NCBI GenBank assembly: GCA_963706325.1
Contig: CAVPLT010000001.1
Location: forward strand, 448,001-512,000
Length of the DNA: 64,000 nucleotides
Origin: an uncultured Nitrospiraceae bacterium
Lineage (GTDB): Bacteria; Nitrospirota; Nitrospiria; Nitrospirales; Nitrospiraceae
Direction: 5' to 3'
The position numbers and the translations under genes are program-made. Below are positions 1 to 9,800 of the stretch, in pieces. Under the pieces are notes generated by a model. It saw only the letters and a program-made list of their open reading frames with translations. It was not told where the DNA came from and did not search any database. Position 1 is the first letter of the stretch; each line of letters opens with the position of its first letter.

Positions 1-295
1 AGGCATCGCGTTTCGTTTTAAGAGTGTGATACTCGGTGAAGACCGGGATGAACGCCGCGGACATGGAGCCTTCGGCGAATAACTCCCGCAACAGGTTGGG
101 AATTCGGTACGCGACAAAAAACGCGTCGGCTGCCGGGGTGGCTCCAAAGAGCCTGGCGAGGACCATGTCGCGGACAAACCCGAGAATGCGGCTCGAAAAC
201 GTGGCCACGCCGATAAGGCCGGCCGCCTTGACGACCGAACGGGTTTCGTCCGAAGCATTTGGAGATGGATCAAGGGCAGCGGCGGGATCTGGCAT
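1..295 (-). CDS. murJ: Lipid II flippase MurJ (MviN), 5' part; runs off the window
   Basis: Manual translation from ATG at 295: ...KAAGLIGVATFSSRILGFVRDMVLARLFGATPAADAFFVAYRIPNLLRELFAEGSMSAAFIPVF, the canonical MurJ N-terminus. Confidence 0.93.
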   Translation of the reverse strand, partial: MPDPAAALDPSPNASDETRSVVKAAGLIGVATFSSRILGFVRDMVLARLFGATPAADAFFVAYRIPNLLRELFAEGSMSAAFIPVFTEYHTLKTKRDA

Positions 296-353
296 TAAGC
301 GCGATTGTAGCGAAACCGAGAGAGGCAGTCCATTGTCTGGCGAGAACAAACCA

Positions 354-1016
354 CTAAGCGTCCTGAATCACTTCATTCGGCAGCTCATTCGGATTGTCGC
401 CCTTGCCTGGAGGATAAGCGCGAGCGAGAAGAACTCCACTGGCTTCGATTCCACGACAGAGCCCGCCCACTAGATCATTGGCCTTTAAACGCTCGACAAT
501 CACCGCAACTACCGTATTCCATTCGTCGGGTGAGACCGCTTGGCGCAACGACTGATCAGCCAGCACATAGACTTGTCGCTCGAGCAGTGACACCATCAGC
601 AGCAAGCCGGTCCGTTCGCGGGTGAGAGCAATCCCATGCTGGGTGAACGCTCGTTCGGCTCGCAGCTGCACTTTCTGATGCATTCTTTCGCGAGAAGTGA
701 GAGATCGAATGACGACTGGCCACGTTCCGGCCAAGACTCCGATGCCATAGGCCAGCATGGTCGCGGTAACCAGCCAGACGGCATTCGCCGCATGCCATCC
801 CCACGGAAGCCAAGCGGTCTCAATCGTCAGTAGCGTCGTAAGAACGAGGAGCGCGAGCGCGAGGCCCGCCCGATGCCGCGCCTCGCGGTAGAGACCCGAC
901 TGTTTGACGAGCATGGGCACGATCTCCGCACTTGTGTGTTGTTCCGCCGCCTGCACCGCTACCTCGATCTGCGCCCGTTCCCCCTGGGTGAGGGTTGACC
1001 GGTTACCAGTCTCCAC
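354..1016 (-). CDS. TPM-domain membrane protein (LemA cluster)
   Basis: AEQHTSAEIVPM...TRERTGLLLMVSLLERQVYVLAD...NPNELPN motifs; likely GTG start at 1016 overlapping the upstream gene end. Confidence 0.8.
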   Translation of the reverse strand: METGNRSTLTQGERAQIEVAVQAAEQHTSAEIVPMLVKQSGLYREARHRAGLALALLVLTTLLTIETAWLPWGWHAANAVWLVTATMLAYGIGVLAGTWPVVIRSLTSRERMHQKVQLRAERAFTQHGIALTRERTGLLLMVSLLERQVYVLADQSLRQAVSPDEWNTVVAVIVERLKANDLVGGLCRGIEASGVLLARAYPPGKGDNPNELPNEVIQDA

Positions 1017-1908
1017 TTGCCCCCCCTCCCCCAAAATCGCCTCCACCGCCGGAGAAGCCACCGGATCCTCCGAAGGATCCTCCGATCCCCCCGGAGCCCC
1101 ATCCTCCATTCTGAGTGCTAAACCAAGTGCCATCAAACGGGTTTCCACCTCTCCTTCGTCCCGAGCCGCTGCCTTCCCCTACTGCACTGAGTAGACTGAC
1201 CAAAGCCACGCTCACGGCTCCGGCAATCAGAGCAGGGATCGCCCAGGGTGCAGCGAAAAACGAGAGACCGCCTGCGGCGACCGGCCCCAGCACACGATGC
1301 GCGCGCGAGAGCAAAAGACCGATGACGACTCCCAGGATCACCGCGAAGGCGGCGTTATTGAACGTTTCACTGGATGGCGAGGATGTCGCTGAGCGCTCCT
1401 CAGCATTGTAGGTTCCTTCGATGGTTTTTAGAATGGCCTGGACACCAGCCGTAATGCCCCCGGAGAAATCACCCGTTCGAAACCTTGGCACGATCTCGTT
1501 GCGGATAATTTGCGCGGATCGCGCATCGGTCAACACCCCCTCGAGCCCGTAACCAACCTCCACACGAACTTTTCGATCCTTGATGGCGATGAGAAGCAGG
1601 GCTCCATTATCCGTGCCCTTGCGGCCCAAATTCCACGTGGTCGCTACACGATGGGAGAGATCAAACAGCGGCTCTCCCTCCAGCGACGGGACAATCAGCA
1701 CCGCCACCTGATTGGTGGTTTTCGCTTCATGCGCCTGGAGCTTAGCGGACAGTTCCTCGGCCACTGCAGGGGGCAGAACGCCCGCCAGATCAACGATGCG
1801 GCCGCTGAGCGGCGGGACCTCGAGCGCCTCAGCTAGAAGGACACCCGTAAGCGCGAGCCACACCCCAGCAGCGAGGACCGCAGGCCCTACCCGGCTCATC
1901 AGCCGCAT
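1003..1908 (-). CDS. TPM-domain protein (YgcG family) with Gly-rich tail
   Basis: Signal peptide, DNGALLLIAIKDRKVRVEVGYGLEGVLTD, C-terminal GGGGDFGGGGASGDW. Confidence 0.9.
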   Translation of the reverse strand: MRLMSRVGPAVLAAGVWLALTGVLLAEALEVPPLSGRIVDLAGVLPPAVAEELSAKLQAHEAKTTNQVAVLIVPSLEGEPLFDLSHRVATTWNLGRKGTDNGALLLIAIKDRKVRVEVGYGLEGVLTDARSAQIIRNEIVPRFRTGDFSGGITAGVQAILKTIEGTYNAEERSATSSPSSETFNNAAFAVILGVVIGLLLSRAHRVLGPVAAGGLSFFAAPWAIPALIAGAVSVALVSLLSAVGEGSGSGRRRGGNPFDGTWFSTQNGGWGSGGIGGSFGGSGGFSGGGGDFGGGGASGDW

Positions 1909-1939
1909 CCCGAACCCTCCGCCTCCAATGACCTGGACG

Positions 1940-2542
1940 TCAGAATTTCACTTCCGGCGGCTTCGCCACCGCCTTTTCGTCGGCCACCGTGAAATTGGGT
2001 TTCTCTTCCATATGCAACAGGAACTTGGCGGTCAGATTCGTGGGGAAGTAGCGGACCATTTTGTTGAACTCTGCCACCTTATCGATGTACCGCTTCCGTG
2101 CCACGGTGATACGATTTTCTGTGCCTTCGAGCTGACTTTGGAGGTCACGAAAGTTTTGGTCGGCCTTCAAGTTGGGATAGTTTTCCGCGATGGCCAACAA
2201 TCTCCCTAATGCATTGGACAGTCCCTGTTGAGCTTCCTGAAATTTCTTGAACGCCGCCTCATCTCGTAGCAACTCCGGAGTCACTTGGATGCTCGTGGCT
2301 TTCGCGCGCGCCTGTACGACGTTTTCCAGCGTGTCCTTCTCATGCGCAGCGTACCCCTTCACCGTATTCACAAGGTTCGGGATCAGATCGGCGCGCCGCT
2401 GATACTGGTTGATTACCTCGCTCCAGGTGGCCTTCGTATCCTCATCAAGACCCTGCAAGTCGTTGTAACCGCATCCCGACAGGGTCAAGATCGCCATGAG
2501 CAGCAATATTGCCCCTCTTAACCGCGTGACTGACGTGATCAT
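1940..2542 (-). CDS. lemA: LemA family lipoprotein
   Basis: LSGCGYN lipobox, YQRRADLIPNLV, ENYPNLKADQNFRDLQSQLEGTENRI; AAGGAGG RBS before ATG 2542. Confidence 0.92.
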   Translation of the reverse strand: MITSVTRLRGAILLLMAILTLSGCGYNDLQGLDEDTKATWSEVINQYQRRADLIPNLVNTVKGYAAHEKDTLENVVQARAKATSIQVTPELLRDEAAFKKFQEAQQGLSNALGRLLAIAENYPNLKADQNFRDLQSQLEGTENRITVARKRYIDKVAEFNKMVRYFPTNLTAKFLLHMEEKPNFTVADEKAVAKPPEVKF

Positions 2543-2711
2543 GCGTTCCTCCTTCGCGCCCGTCATACAGACGAGCATATCAAGACTCAAGACGTTCACA
2601 GACGAAGTCAACGACCGGCGCGACCTCGCGACGCGCAAGAGGTATCGATCATCCCTTCAACCTTGTTATACTCGACCTTACGGTTGCGATTATCCTGCAA
2701 ACGGAGCACCC

Positions 2712-3017
2712 ATGGCACTCGATCGGTCCACCGATTCCCCCGGAGGATTTCAGGTCCGACACCGCATCTTAGGGATTTTCCAGGGGAGTTCGATCGGACT
2801 GGCGTTTTGGCACCCCTCTTCCCACATGCCCGAATATGGACTCTGCCGGTTTGCCACGGAAGCAAAAGCACAGAGCTATGTGGACTATCTTTCTTCGCCC
2901 ACTTGTCCGGAGCGGTTCAAAACTACGGACCTGACCGTGGAGGCGTTCGACCATGCCGAACACGAACGGCTTACGACAGAGTACCCACAGACTTCGGCAT
3001 GGGAAACACCACTGTAG
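2712..3017 (+). CDS. Hypothetical protein
   Basis: 101-aa ORF with GGAG RBS; no recognised motif. Confidence 0.55.
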   Translation: MALDRSTDSPGGFQVRHRILGIFQGSSIGLAFWHPSSHMPEYGLCRFATEAKAQSYVDYLSSPTCPERFKTTDLTVEAFDHAEHERLTTEYPQTSAWETPL

Positions 3018-3142
3018 CAGAATGCTGAGATGATCGCTGCCTACTCGCGCAGCGGCACGGTCGTAGCCGGGTTGCATCCTTCACGTGGTCTGATTAATAG
3101 GAGTGAGCCGGCTCTGTGATAATGGCGCAGAGCCCAAGCGGG

Positions 3143-3643
3143 CTAGATAGAGGAACGGGGCCCGAAGGATTCGGTATGGGCATGCACAAACGCGAGGAGG
3201 CGCTTGTTCTCCTGTGCTGCCCGTAAAAATTTGAAGGCGATTCCACGAGAACTCACGGATCGGACCATCGCGGCAACCTCGAGCGGAGCTTGTTCATCGT
3301 CCAGCGCGATTTGCAGATAAAAGATGTCGTCCACGTGCACAGGGGAGTGGCTTTCGATAATGCACCCGCCCATCGATATATCCAAAACCGTTCCCTCTCC
3401 GCGCACCTTCCCACCTGAAAACGATAGGAATAAACGCACTGGAATCCGCAGATGCTCGCGCCGATCGACCGTGTGATTCGGATAACTGCGCCCCAGACGA
3501 GAGGCTGGGAAACGAAAGCTGCAGTCTTGGCAATGAAATGGGGAAATGTATGCGAGTGACTGCAGGCGTTCCATGAAAGTGTGACATGGAGAACGGAATA
3601 CCTTGTCTTGGCCACATTGCGGGCAGATCAACGGTTGTGCCAT
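3143..3643 (-). CDS. PilZ-domain protein with N-terminal CxxC...CxxC zinc ribbon
   Basis: RREHLR and DISMGG c-di-GMP-binding PilZ motifs; CPQC...CQDC at N-terminus. Confidence 0.85.
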   Translation of the reverse strand: MAQPLICPQCGQDKVFRSPCHTFMERLQSLAYISPFHCQDCSFRFPASRLGRSYPNHTVDRREHLRIPVRLFLSFSGGKVRGEGTVLDISMGGCIIESHSPVHVDDIFYLQIALDDEQAPLEVAAMVRSVSSRGIAFKFLRAAQENKRLLAFVHAHTESFGPRSSI

Positions 3644-4101
3644 GCTTGATGTTCGACGGATATCATCGCCGCTCTCCCGAACGCGCAGTCGTCCGAGATC
3701 TGCCCGGTTTTGGTTCTTCCTGCCCATTCCACGTAGAGGAGTCTGCTAGCTTCACCATTCGTTCACACAAAATTCGTCGACCCCTGCACGAATAGACCCC
3801 TAGCCTGCGATCGCACGTTCCGAAGACCCCTCAGCGCTATTAAACCGATAAAGGATGATGAAAGTTCTGTCAAGAAACTCGGCGGATCTTCGCCGACTAG
3901 GCCACCAGTGCCATACATGAATGCTGCCTTTTCTGGAAACTTGATAGGTTTAAACTAACCCAGCAACTACTTTATAAATTGAAACTGTATTAACGTGTTT
4001 TAACGTTTCACTAATATCCCTCTAATCTCGCTTTGTTATGGTCTTCCTCACATGGGCACGCCCCTTACAAGATGGGGCACAATCCTAAGGAGGTAGAAGC
4101 C

Positions 4102-4281
4102 ATGACATGCGGACGATGCCAAGGACTAATGGTCGATGAGTGGCGTCCGGATTTCTCTCCGGAAACGTTTGTATGGCGGTGCATTAATTGTGGATCGGTC
4201 CTCGATCCTTTGATCGAACGGAATCGGCGACCAGGTCTCGCCGAGCAACTAATCTTAGAGCCAGTTGGAGTTCCGCAGTAG
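4102..4281 (+). CDS. Small zinc-finger-like protein
   Basis: MTCGRCQGLM...WRCINCG; strong AAGGAGG RBS. Confidence 0.75.
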   Translation: MTCGRCQGLMVDEWRPDFSPETFVWRCINCGSVLDPLIERNRRPGLAEQLILEPVGVPQ

Positions 4282-4332
4282 CGATGTGACAGCCGCAGGC
4301 CAGAGCTTCTTCCTGGTCTGCGGCAAACCTTG

Positions 4333-5106
4333 CTACAAGGCGAAGTTAGCCCAAAGGACGGTATGATCCGAAGGATCTGCGGCGCGTCTGGGCTCAAGAT
4401 CAACTTCGACTTGCTGACACTTTTGCGCGAGTGAGGCCGTGGCCAAAATATGGTCGATCCGCCACCCTTTATTAGCGGCAAGCGCACTAGGCGCACGGTA
4501 GTCGAAAAAGGTAAATTGCTGGCGGTCTGGATACAGTTTGCAGAACACATCTTCGAAGCCCCACGCAATCGTCTCCCCATAGGCCTTGCGGGCGTCTTCG
4601 TGGTAGCAGACATGTTTTAGATGTTTCTCCGGACTGTGGACATCAATGGGTCTTGGGGCCACATTCATGTCTCCACACCAGATCGCCGGCTCCTTCGGCG
4701 AAAGATGAACCTCAAAATGCCTTTTCAAGCGTTCGTACCAGGCAAGCTTGTATTGGTACTTGGGTGAATCGATCTCGAACCCTTGCGGGACGTAGGTATT
4801 GATGACGGAAATGCCCTGAATCACAACCCGCAAGAGACGAGCATCCTCCACATCACCTCCATCATCGAACCCATAGCATACCTGATCCGGCTTGATCCGA
4901 CTGAGCACGGCGACGCCATTGTACGACTTCATACCTCGAAAGGTGATTTCGTACCCAGAGGTCGCAAGCCCTGCCAAAGGGAACTCACTGTCCTGAACTT
5001 TGGTTTCCTGCAGACAGAGCACATCCGGCTCGTGGCGCTCAAGCCACTGCAACACAATGGGGAGACGCTTGCGGAGTGAATTGACATTGAAAGTCGCGAT
5101 TTTCAT
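4333..5106 (-). CDS. xth: Exodeoxyribonuclease III
   Basis: MKIATFNVNS, LCLQETK, GDMNVA, GWRIDH, SDH motifs. Confidence 0.95.
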   Translation of the reverse strand: MKIATFNVNSLRKRLPIVLQWLERHEPDVLCLQETKVQDSEFPLAGLATSGYEITFRGMKSYNGVAVLSRIKPDQVCYGFDDGGDVEDARLLRVVIQGISVINTYVPQGFEIDSPKYQYKLAWYERLKRHFEVHLSPKEPAIWCGDMNVAPRPIDVHSPEKHLKHVCYHEDARKAYGETIAWGFEDVFCKLYPDRQQFTFFDYRAPSALAANKGWRIDHILATASLAQKCQQVEVDLEPRRAADPSDHTVLWANFAL

Positions 5107-5164
5107 GGGCTGAGCCGATTTTAGCAGAGCTTAGTCGATGCAACAACTAACGCCAGGAAACACC

Positions 5165-5200
5165 ACGGCCTGTGATGGGATAGTTCCGATCACAGGCCGT
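5165..5200 (-). terminator. Stem-loop, probable terminator of the 5245-5649 gene
   Basis: Perfect 12-bp inverted repeat ACGGCCTGTGAT/ATCACAGGCCGT; weak U tract. Confidence 0.55.
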
Positions 5201-5244
5201 AGTTGAACGTTACGAGGATTGCCTCGCAATCGCACTGCTATGGA

Positions 5245-5649
5245 TTAGTTCCTTATGGCGTCTTTTAAGTCGTGGCTCATCCCGTCGGCCTGATGCAAGG
5301 TTCCATCAGCTGCGCCTTTTAGTTCTGCCGCTTTTGCGTGTACAGCCTCTATCTTCGCATTTGCCTTGGCTTTCACATGCTTCTTCTTCGCCCTTACGTC
5401 AGCCTTGGCTTGCTTTTTCTTCGCTTTGGCCTCCCCCCGCTTCGCCTTCGCCTCGCTTTTCGCTGACTCTTTCTTTGCCTTGAGATCGTTCGTGAGGTCT
5501 GTCTTTTGGGCGTTCAGATCGTATGACAGGCCGCTCATATCCTGCTTTATGTCCTCCGCGAACTTCTCTGCGCCCAGCTCGTCGGCAAACACGAACGTAC
5601 TCATGCTCACACAGACAACGGCGACCATGGCAGCGATAGACCTTTTCAT
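5245..5649 (-). CDS. Secreted Lys/Ala-rich hypothetical protein
   Basis: Signal peptide MKRSIAAMVAVVCVSMSTFVFA, AKAKK-rich helix; GGAGG RBS. Confidence 0.7.
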   Translation of the reverse strand: MKRSIAAMVAVVCVSMSTFVFADELGAEKFAEDIKQDMSGLSYDLNAQKTDLTNDLKAKKESAKSEAKAKRGEAKAKKKQAKADVRAKKKHVKAKANAKIEAVHAKAAELKGAADGTLHQADGMSHDLKDAIRN

Positions 5650-5834
5650 CAACAGACCTCCATTGGGGGTTGAATATGGCAGTTGAATCCTCGTCGAACC
5701 AACAGGCATGCAGCACCCATCAATACCCTGAGATGGCTCACTTGCCAAACATTTTGCTAGTTTTTACCGACACGATCTAATCGGTTGTGCCGAAGTTAGG
5801 ACTGTTCCCTATTCAAGGGAAACTATTCGCGACA

Positions 5835-6659
5835 TTATTCGCGCACGGCGGCAAGATAGCGTCGAAGAATCGCCTGCTCCACTCGTGAACGGCCACGGTC
5901 GGGGGCGGGAAACCGGAGTACCAGATGTATGCGGCCCGCCTCGGGGAATTGGATTGTGATTCGCGGGTCAGGTGAAGGGGCTTCCAATAGGTTCCGCTGC
6001 TCTAGAAGCTTCATCTGTCGGCCCATTTGATCCATGAAGGGAGCACACTCCACCTTGGCAGCCGCAAGAAGTGCCTGTTCGGCCGCCTGCCAATTTTCCG
6101 AGCTTAGAAGGGGGACTGACAACACGTAGAGACCGTATTCCTGCGAAGGGCTTTCTTTGATTAGCGGATTCGTGAATAACAAGCTGTTTGGAAAGACCAC
6201 AATCCGTCCGGTATAGAGGTGTGATGTCAGACCTGGCCCGATCTCCAACAGTTTGGTTGCAAACACATCATGATCGAGCACGACCCCTCGATACATGCCC
6301 AGTTGAATGCGGTCCCCGACCCCATACACGCTTCCTCCGACACGCAACGCAGCGCCACTCCAACAGAGAATCAATTCTTTTGTCGCCAACACCACGGTTG
6401 CCGCCAATGCGACGAGAGACACCGCAAAGGCTTCCAGCTCATGGGCCCAGATCACGATCAGACCCACGAATAGGCCGAGCACCATACTGTTGCGACTGGT
6501 AACGATCCATCGGCGCTTCGCGTCGATAGTCAGCGTGTGGTATCGTCGGATTGCGCGAACCACGACCGTTCGCACGATGAGCAAGATCAAGAGAAGTAGG
6601 ACGGATTTCAGGAGATCAAAAAACACACTGGAGCCGATGACCGGCAGCATTTCTCGCAT
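5835..6659 (-). CDS. Mechanosensitive ion channel, MscS family
   Basis: TM helices then VGDRIQLG...GVVLD...VFPNSLL. Confidence 0.85.
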   Translation of the reverse strand: MREMLPVIGSSVFFDLLKSVLLLLILLIVRTVVVRAIRRYHTLTIDAKRRWIVTSRNSMVLGLFVGLIVIWAHELEAFAVSLVALAATVVLATKELILCWSGAALRVGGSVYGVGDRIQLGMYRGVVLDHDVFATKLLEIGPGLTSHLYTGRIVVFPNSLLFTNPLIKESPSQEYGLYVLSVPLLSSENWQAAEQALLAAAKVECAPFMDQMGRQMKLLEQRNLLEAPSPDPRITIQFPEAGRIHLVLRFPAPDRGRSRVEQAILRRYLAAVRE

Positions 6660-6677
6660 ATGATATTTGAGGCCGCC

Positions 6678-7208
6678 TTACTGCGGTGCGGTCTCATCCT
6701 CACTGGCGCGGGGGACGCATTCTTCTCGTTTCCAATCCTTCAGCCGTTTGTCGTCATCAAATGAAAGCGTGTAGCGGTAACAGTAGAGCGGCTCGCGGTA
6801 GGGCTCCTCAGCGCCGGCCAAACTTTTGCCGAAGGGAGAGGGCGAGGGAGGAGCCTTCGTTTTTCTACCGGCGGTCAATGAACTGGGATCCCAGGGATGA
6901 ACCTCCCGATCTCCCATCGGCACTCGGTAGGTCCACACCGTATCTCCACCGAGCACCGGCGTCTTTGTGGTGCTGGGCGGACCGAGCTTTTCCGCAATAT
7001 CGTCTTGCGTGAGCGTCTTTACCCCTTTAGCAAGATAATGATCGCGCCAGGGCCCTCCGCAGCCCGACAAGAGCACAAGACAAAGTAGAGGAAAGCACCC
7101 GCTCCATCGAACCAGGCAGGCCCCCACACTCTTCTCATCGCACCTAGCCCCGTTACTGTTCCGAATCACGATGTTCCCGAATCCATCGTATGGAACAATA
7201 CATCGCAT
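6678..7208 (-). CDS. Putative lipoprotein (start uncertain)
   Basis: LLSGC lipobox; LGPP...WTY SmpA/BamE-like segment. Confidence 0.55.
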   Translation of the reverse strand: MRCIVPYDGFGNIVIRNSNGARCDEKSVGACLVRWSGCFPLLCLVLLSGCGGPWRDHYLAKGVKTLTQDDIAEKLGPPSTTKTPVLGGDTVWTYRVPMGDREVHPWDPSSLTAGRKTKAPPSPSPFGKSLAGAEEPYREPLYCYRYTLSFDDDKRLKDWKREECVPRASEDETAPQ

Positions 7209-7368
7209 AGCCCTGGGCCATCATCCCCGTCACGAGAAGCCCCAATGCCGTATGCAGCCATGCCGTATCAGGATATTCCAATCCATAGATGCCCAGCATA
7301 AATCCCACGGCAATGAATACGATGCCCATCCCCCGCGCGATCAATGCATTGGTCCGTAAATCAGGCAT
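7153..7368 (-). CDS. Small two-TM membrane protein
   Basis: Two hydrophobic segments; co-oriented in gene run. Confidence 0.6.
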   Translation of the reverse strand: MPDLRTNALIARGMGIVFIAVGFMLGIYGLEYPDTAWLHTALGLLVTGMMAQGYAMYCSIRWIREHRDSEQ

Positions 7369-7445
7369 GGATTTTCCTCTCGCCTCACACATCCATTACG
7401 CTACACCCAGGCGGCCCATCGGTTCAACTCTCCGCTCTTTGAATT

Positions 7446-8126
7446 TCACGACCTCGCCTTCTCACGAATCGCATCGGCTCTCCCTTCCAACACGGCTGCC
7501 TCAGCACTTCGATTGAGCCTGCGAAGCGCGCCGGCGTAGTCGTCGAGATTCTTCAGCAGGTCCGGATGGTCGGGGCTCAAGCGTTTATCTCGCACTGCTA
7601 ACGCGCGCGCCAACAATGTCGCGGCCGGGTCCCAGTCGCCTTGAGCCAGATGCATCGCGGCCAAGTTGCTCAGCGCCAACGCGACCTCCAGGTGATCAGG
7701 CCCCAGAAGTTTTTCTTTGATGGCGAGCGCTCGGGTCAGGAGCCGCTGCGCGTCGGCATATTGTCCGTGTTTGCGATGCAATACTCCCAGGTTGTTCAAC
7801 ATCGCGGCAACATCCAGATGGTTCTCTCCATACACGTCCTGATAGATCTTGAGCGCCTCAAGATAAACGGGTTCGGCCTCGACAAATTTCGCCTGTGCGC
7901 TATAGGTCTGAGCCAGACGGGCCAGCGTCACCGCGACCCGCCGGTCGTGACGACCAAACTCTTCCGCTTTATGCACAGCCGCGGAAAAAATATGTTCGGC
8001 TTCCTGGTACTGCCCCCGTTGCAACGCCGCCTCACCAGCCTGCATAGCCGCGTCCCATGTCTGTTGCCCGCAGGACAGGGTAATCACCAGCAGTACGCAC
8101 ACGCAGATCAGGCATGTCGCCCTCAT
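7446..8126 (-). CDS. Tetratricopeptide-repeat lipoprotein
   Basis: Repeated VAAMLNNLG / VALALSNLA TPR units; ATG overlaps upstream stop. Confidence 0.88.
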   Translation of the reverse strand: MRATCLICVCVLLVITLSCGQQTWDAAMQAGEAALQRGQYQEAEHIFSAAVHKAEEFGRHDRRVAVTLARLAQTYSAQAKFVEAEPVYLEALKIYQDVYGENHLDVAAMLNNLGVLHRKHGQYADAQRLLTRALAIKEKLLGPDHLEVALALSNLAAMHLAQGDWDPAATLLARALAVRDKRLSPDHPDLLKNLDDYAGALRRLNRSAEAAVLEGRADAIREKARS

Positions 8127-9532
8127 GGACGGCTCATCTGCTCGACAATGGCTTCGGCCGGATAGGTCACAATTTCCGCCAACGTCGGATGATAGTGCGG
8201 AATGCGCAGCAGGTCCTGTGCCGTTCCATGAAAGTACATCACGGCAATGAGTTCGTGGATCAACTCTCCCGCATGCGGGCCCACGATCTGCGCGCCCAAC
8301 AGCTCTCCGTTTTCCGGGCGACACAACAGCTTAATAAATCCATGCGCCGCCCCCATGCACATCGCTCTCCCATGATCTGCGAATGAATAAGAAGCCGTCA
8401 AATATGGAATGGCTCGTTCTCTGCATTGCCGCTCATTCACCCCTGCTACCCCGATCTGAGGTTCGGTGAATACCGCTTCAGCATCAAGCCGGTGATCGAT
8501 CGTCCGCACGAGACCATTCGGCTGCGTCGCATTCCACGCAGCTGTTTCGCCTTGCTGAATCGCGAGATGCACAATAGGCGTCAGATCGTTCACGTCGCCG
8601 ACGGCAAAGATGTGCGGTTGTGAGGTGCGCATGTCTTGACCAACCGTCAGACGACCGCCAATGGCCTGCACGCCCGCCGCCTCAAGGCCTAACCCCTGTA
8701 TATTTGGGCGACGGCCTAATGCATGAAGAATCGTCTCTGCGGAACGCGTCTGGACTACGCCTCCCTGCATAAAGTGCGCGGTTTTCTCCGATGGCGTGTG
8801 GGTTATCCGTTGCAGCGAGACATCGGTTACCACCTCGATACCTTCCTCACGAAAGGACACCTCCAGCGCACGACCGACATCCGCATCCATATGGGACAAG
8901 AGCGTGGCCTTCCGCTGCAGAATGGTCACTTTGGTCCCAATTCGAGCGAAAAATTGTCCAAGTTCTACGGCGACCGGTCCGCCGCCCAGCACGAGGAGCG
9001 AGACAGGAGGCCGACGAAGGTCAAGTATCGTGTCGCTGGTCTGATAGCCGGCCTCATCCAACCCCGGGATACAGACCTCATGGGGCGTCGAGCCGGTGGC
9101 AATCACGAACGCCTGCCCGTGAATCCGCATATTTCCTGCGAGAATGTCATGGGGAGAGATAAATTCGGCGTGCGATTCATACAACGTAAACCTTGGATCG
9201 CGCAGGGCGGCTATGCGATAGTCCGCAAACTCCTGCACCAGTCGATTCTTGCGATCCACGATAGCCGATAGATCCGCGCGTGGGGTGACCGGGGCAAGAC
9301 CGAATTCACGCGCCCGGTTCATCATCGCCATCATTTCCGAGGACTGCAGAAACGCTTTGGTCGGCATGCAGCCTCGCAGGATGCAAAGACCGCCGAGCGG
9401 CCCTTGATCGACAATAGCGACATCGGCGCCGGCATCGCGGGCGGTCCGCGCGGCGGCATAGCCTGCTGAACCTCCGCCGATGATCACCACATCGTGGCGA
9501 CGCTTAGGCATGTGCGGCAGTTGTGGCGACAT
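8123..9532 (-). CDS. Pyridine nucleotide-disulfide oxidoreductase, class I (dihydrolipoyl dehydrogenase-like)
   Basis: GGGSAG FAD motif, CILRGC redox disulfide, GGGPVAVE, HYHPTLAE. Confidence 0.88.
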   Translation of the reverse strand: MSPQLPHMPKRRHDVVIIGGGSAGYAAARTARDAGADVAIVDQGPLGGLCILRGCMPTKAFLQSSEMMAMMNRAREFGLAPVTPRADLSAIVDRKNRLVQEFADYRIAALRDPRFTLYESHAEFISPHDILAGNMRIHGQAFVIATGSTPHEVCIPGLDEAGYQTSDTILDLRRPPVSLLVLGGGPVAVELGQFFARIGTKVTILQRKATLLSHMDADVGRALEVSFREEGIEVVTDVSLQRITHTPSEKTAHFMQGGVVQTRSAETILHALGRRPNIQGLGLEAAGVQAIGGRLTVGQDMRTSQPHIFAVGDVNDLTPIVHLAIQQGETAAWNATQPNGLVRTIDHRLDAEAVFTEPQIGVAGVNERQCRERAIPYLTASYSFADHGRAMCMGAAHGFIKLLCRPENGELLGAQIVGPHAGELIHELIAVMYFHGTAQDLLRIPHYHPTLAEIVTYPAEAIVEQMSRP

Positions 9533-9581
9533 CCCAGATCCGGTAGACTCATGCGCAGCAAATGACCCGCAAGGATACACT

Positions 9582-9800
9582 ATGATCAAACCTGGCCGCT
9601 ATCGTCACTACAAGGGAAAGGACTATGACGTGATCGGGGTAGCCCGGCACTCCGAAAGCGAGGAAGAATACGTCGTCTACCGCCAACTCTACGGAACAGG
9701 CGAACTCTGGATCAGACCGATGGGTATGTTTCTCGAATCGGTATCGGTGGAAGGGGCCACTGTGCCCAGGTTTCGTCGGCTAGAGGAAGGTCCAGCGTGA
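9582..9800 (+). CDS. DUF1653 family protein
   Basis: GRYRHYKGKDYDVIGVARHSE...VVYRQLYG...WIRP. Confidence 0.88.
   Translation: MIKPGRYRHYKGKDYDVIGVARHSESEEEYVVYRQLYGTGELWIRPMGMFLESVSVEGATVPRFRRLEEGPA

Noticed and set aside
1017..1148. N-terminal extension of ORF 354-1148 and the local GGATCCTCCGA repeats
   Set aside because: They overlap the Gly-rich tail of the upstream TPM gene, and the repeats reflect Gly/Ser codons.
8123..9532. Mercuric reductase MerA
   Set aside because: Lacks the C-terminal Cys-Cys pair and mer operon context; ends in an HPTxxE motif.
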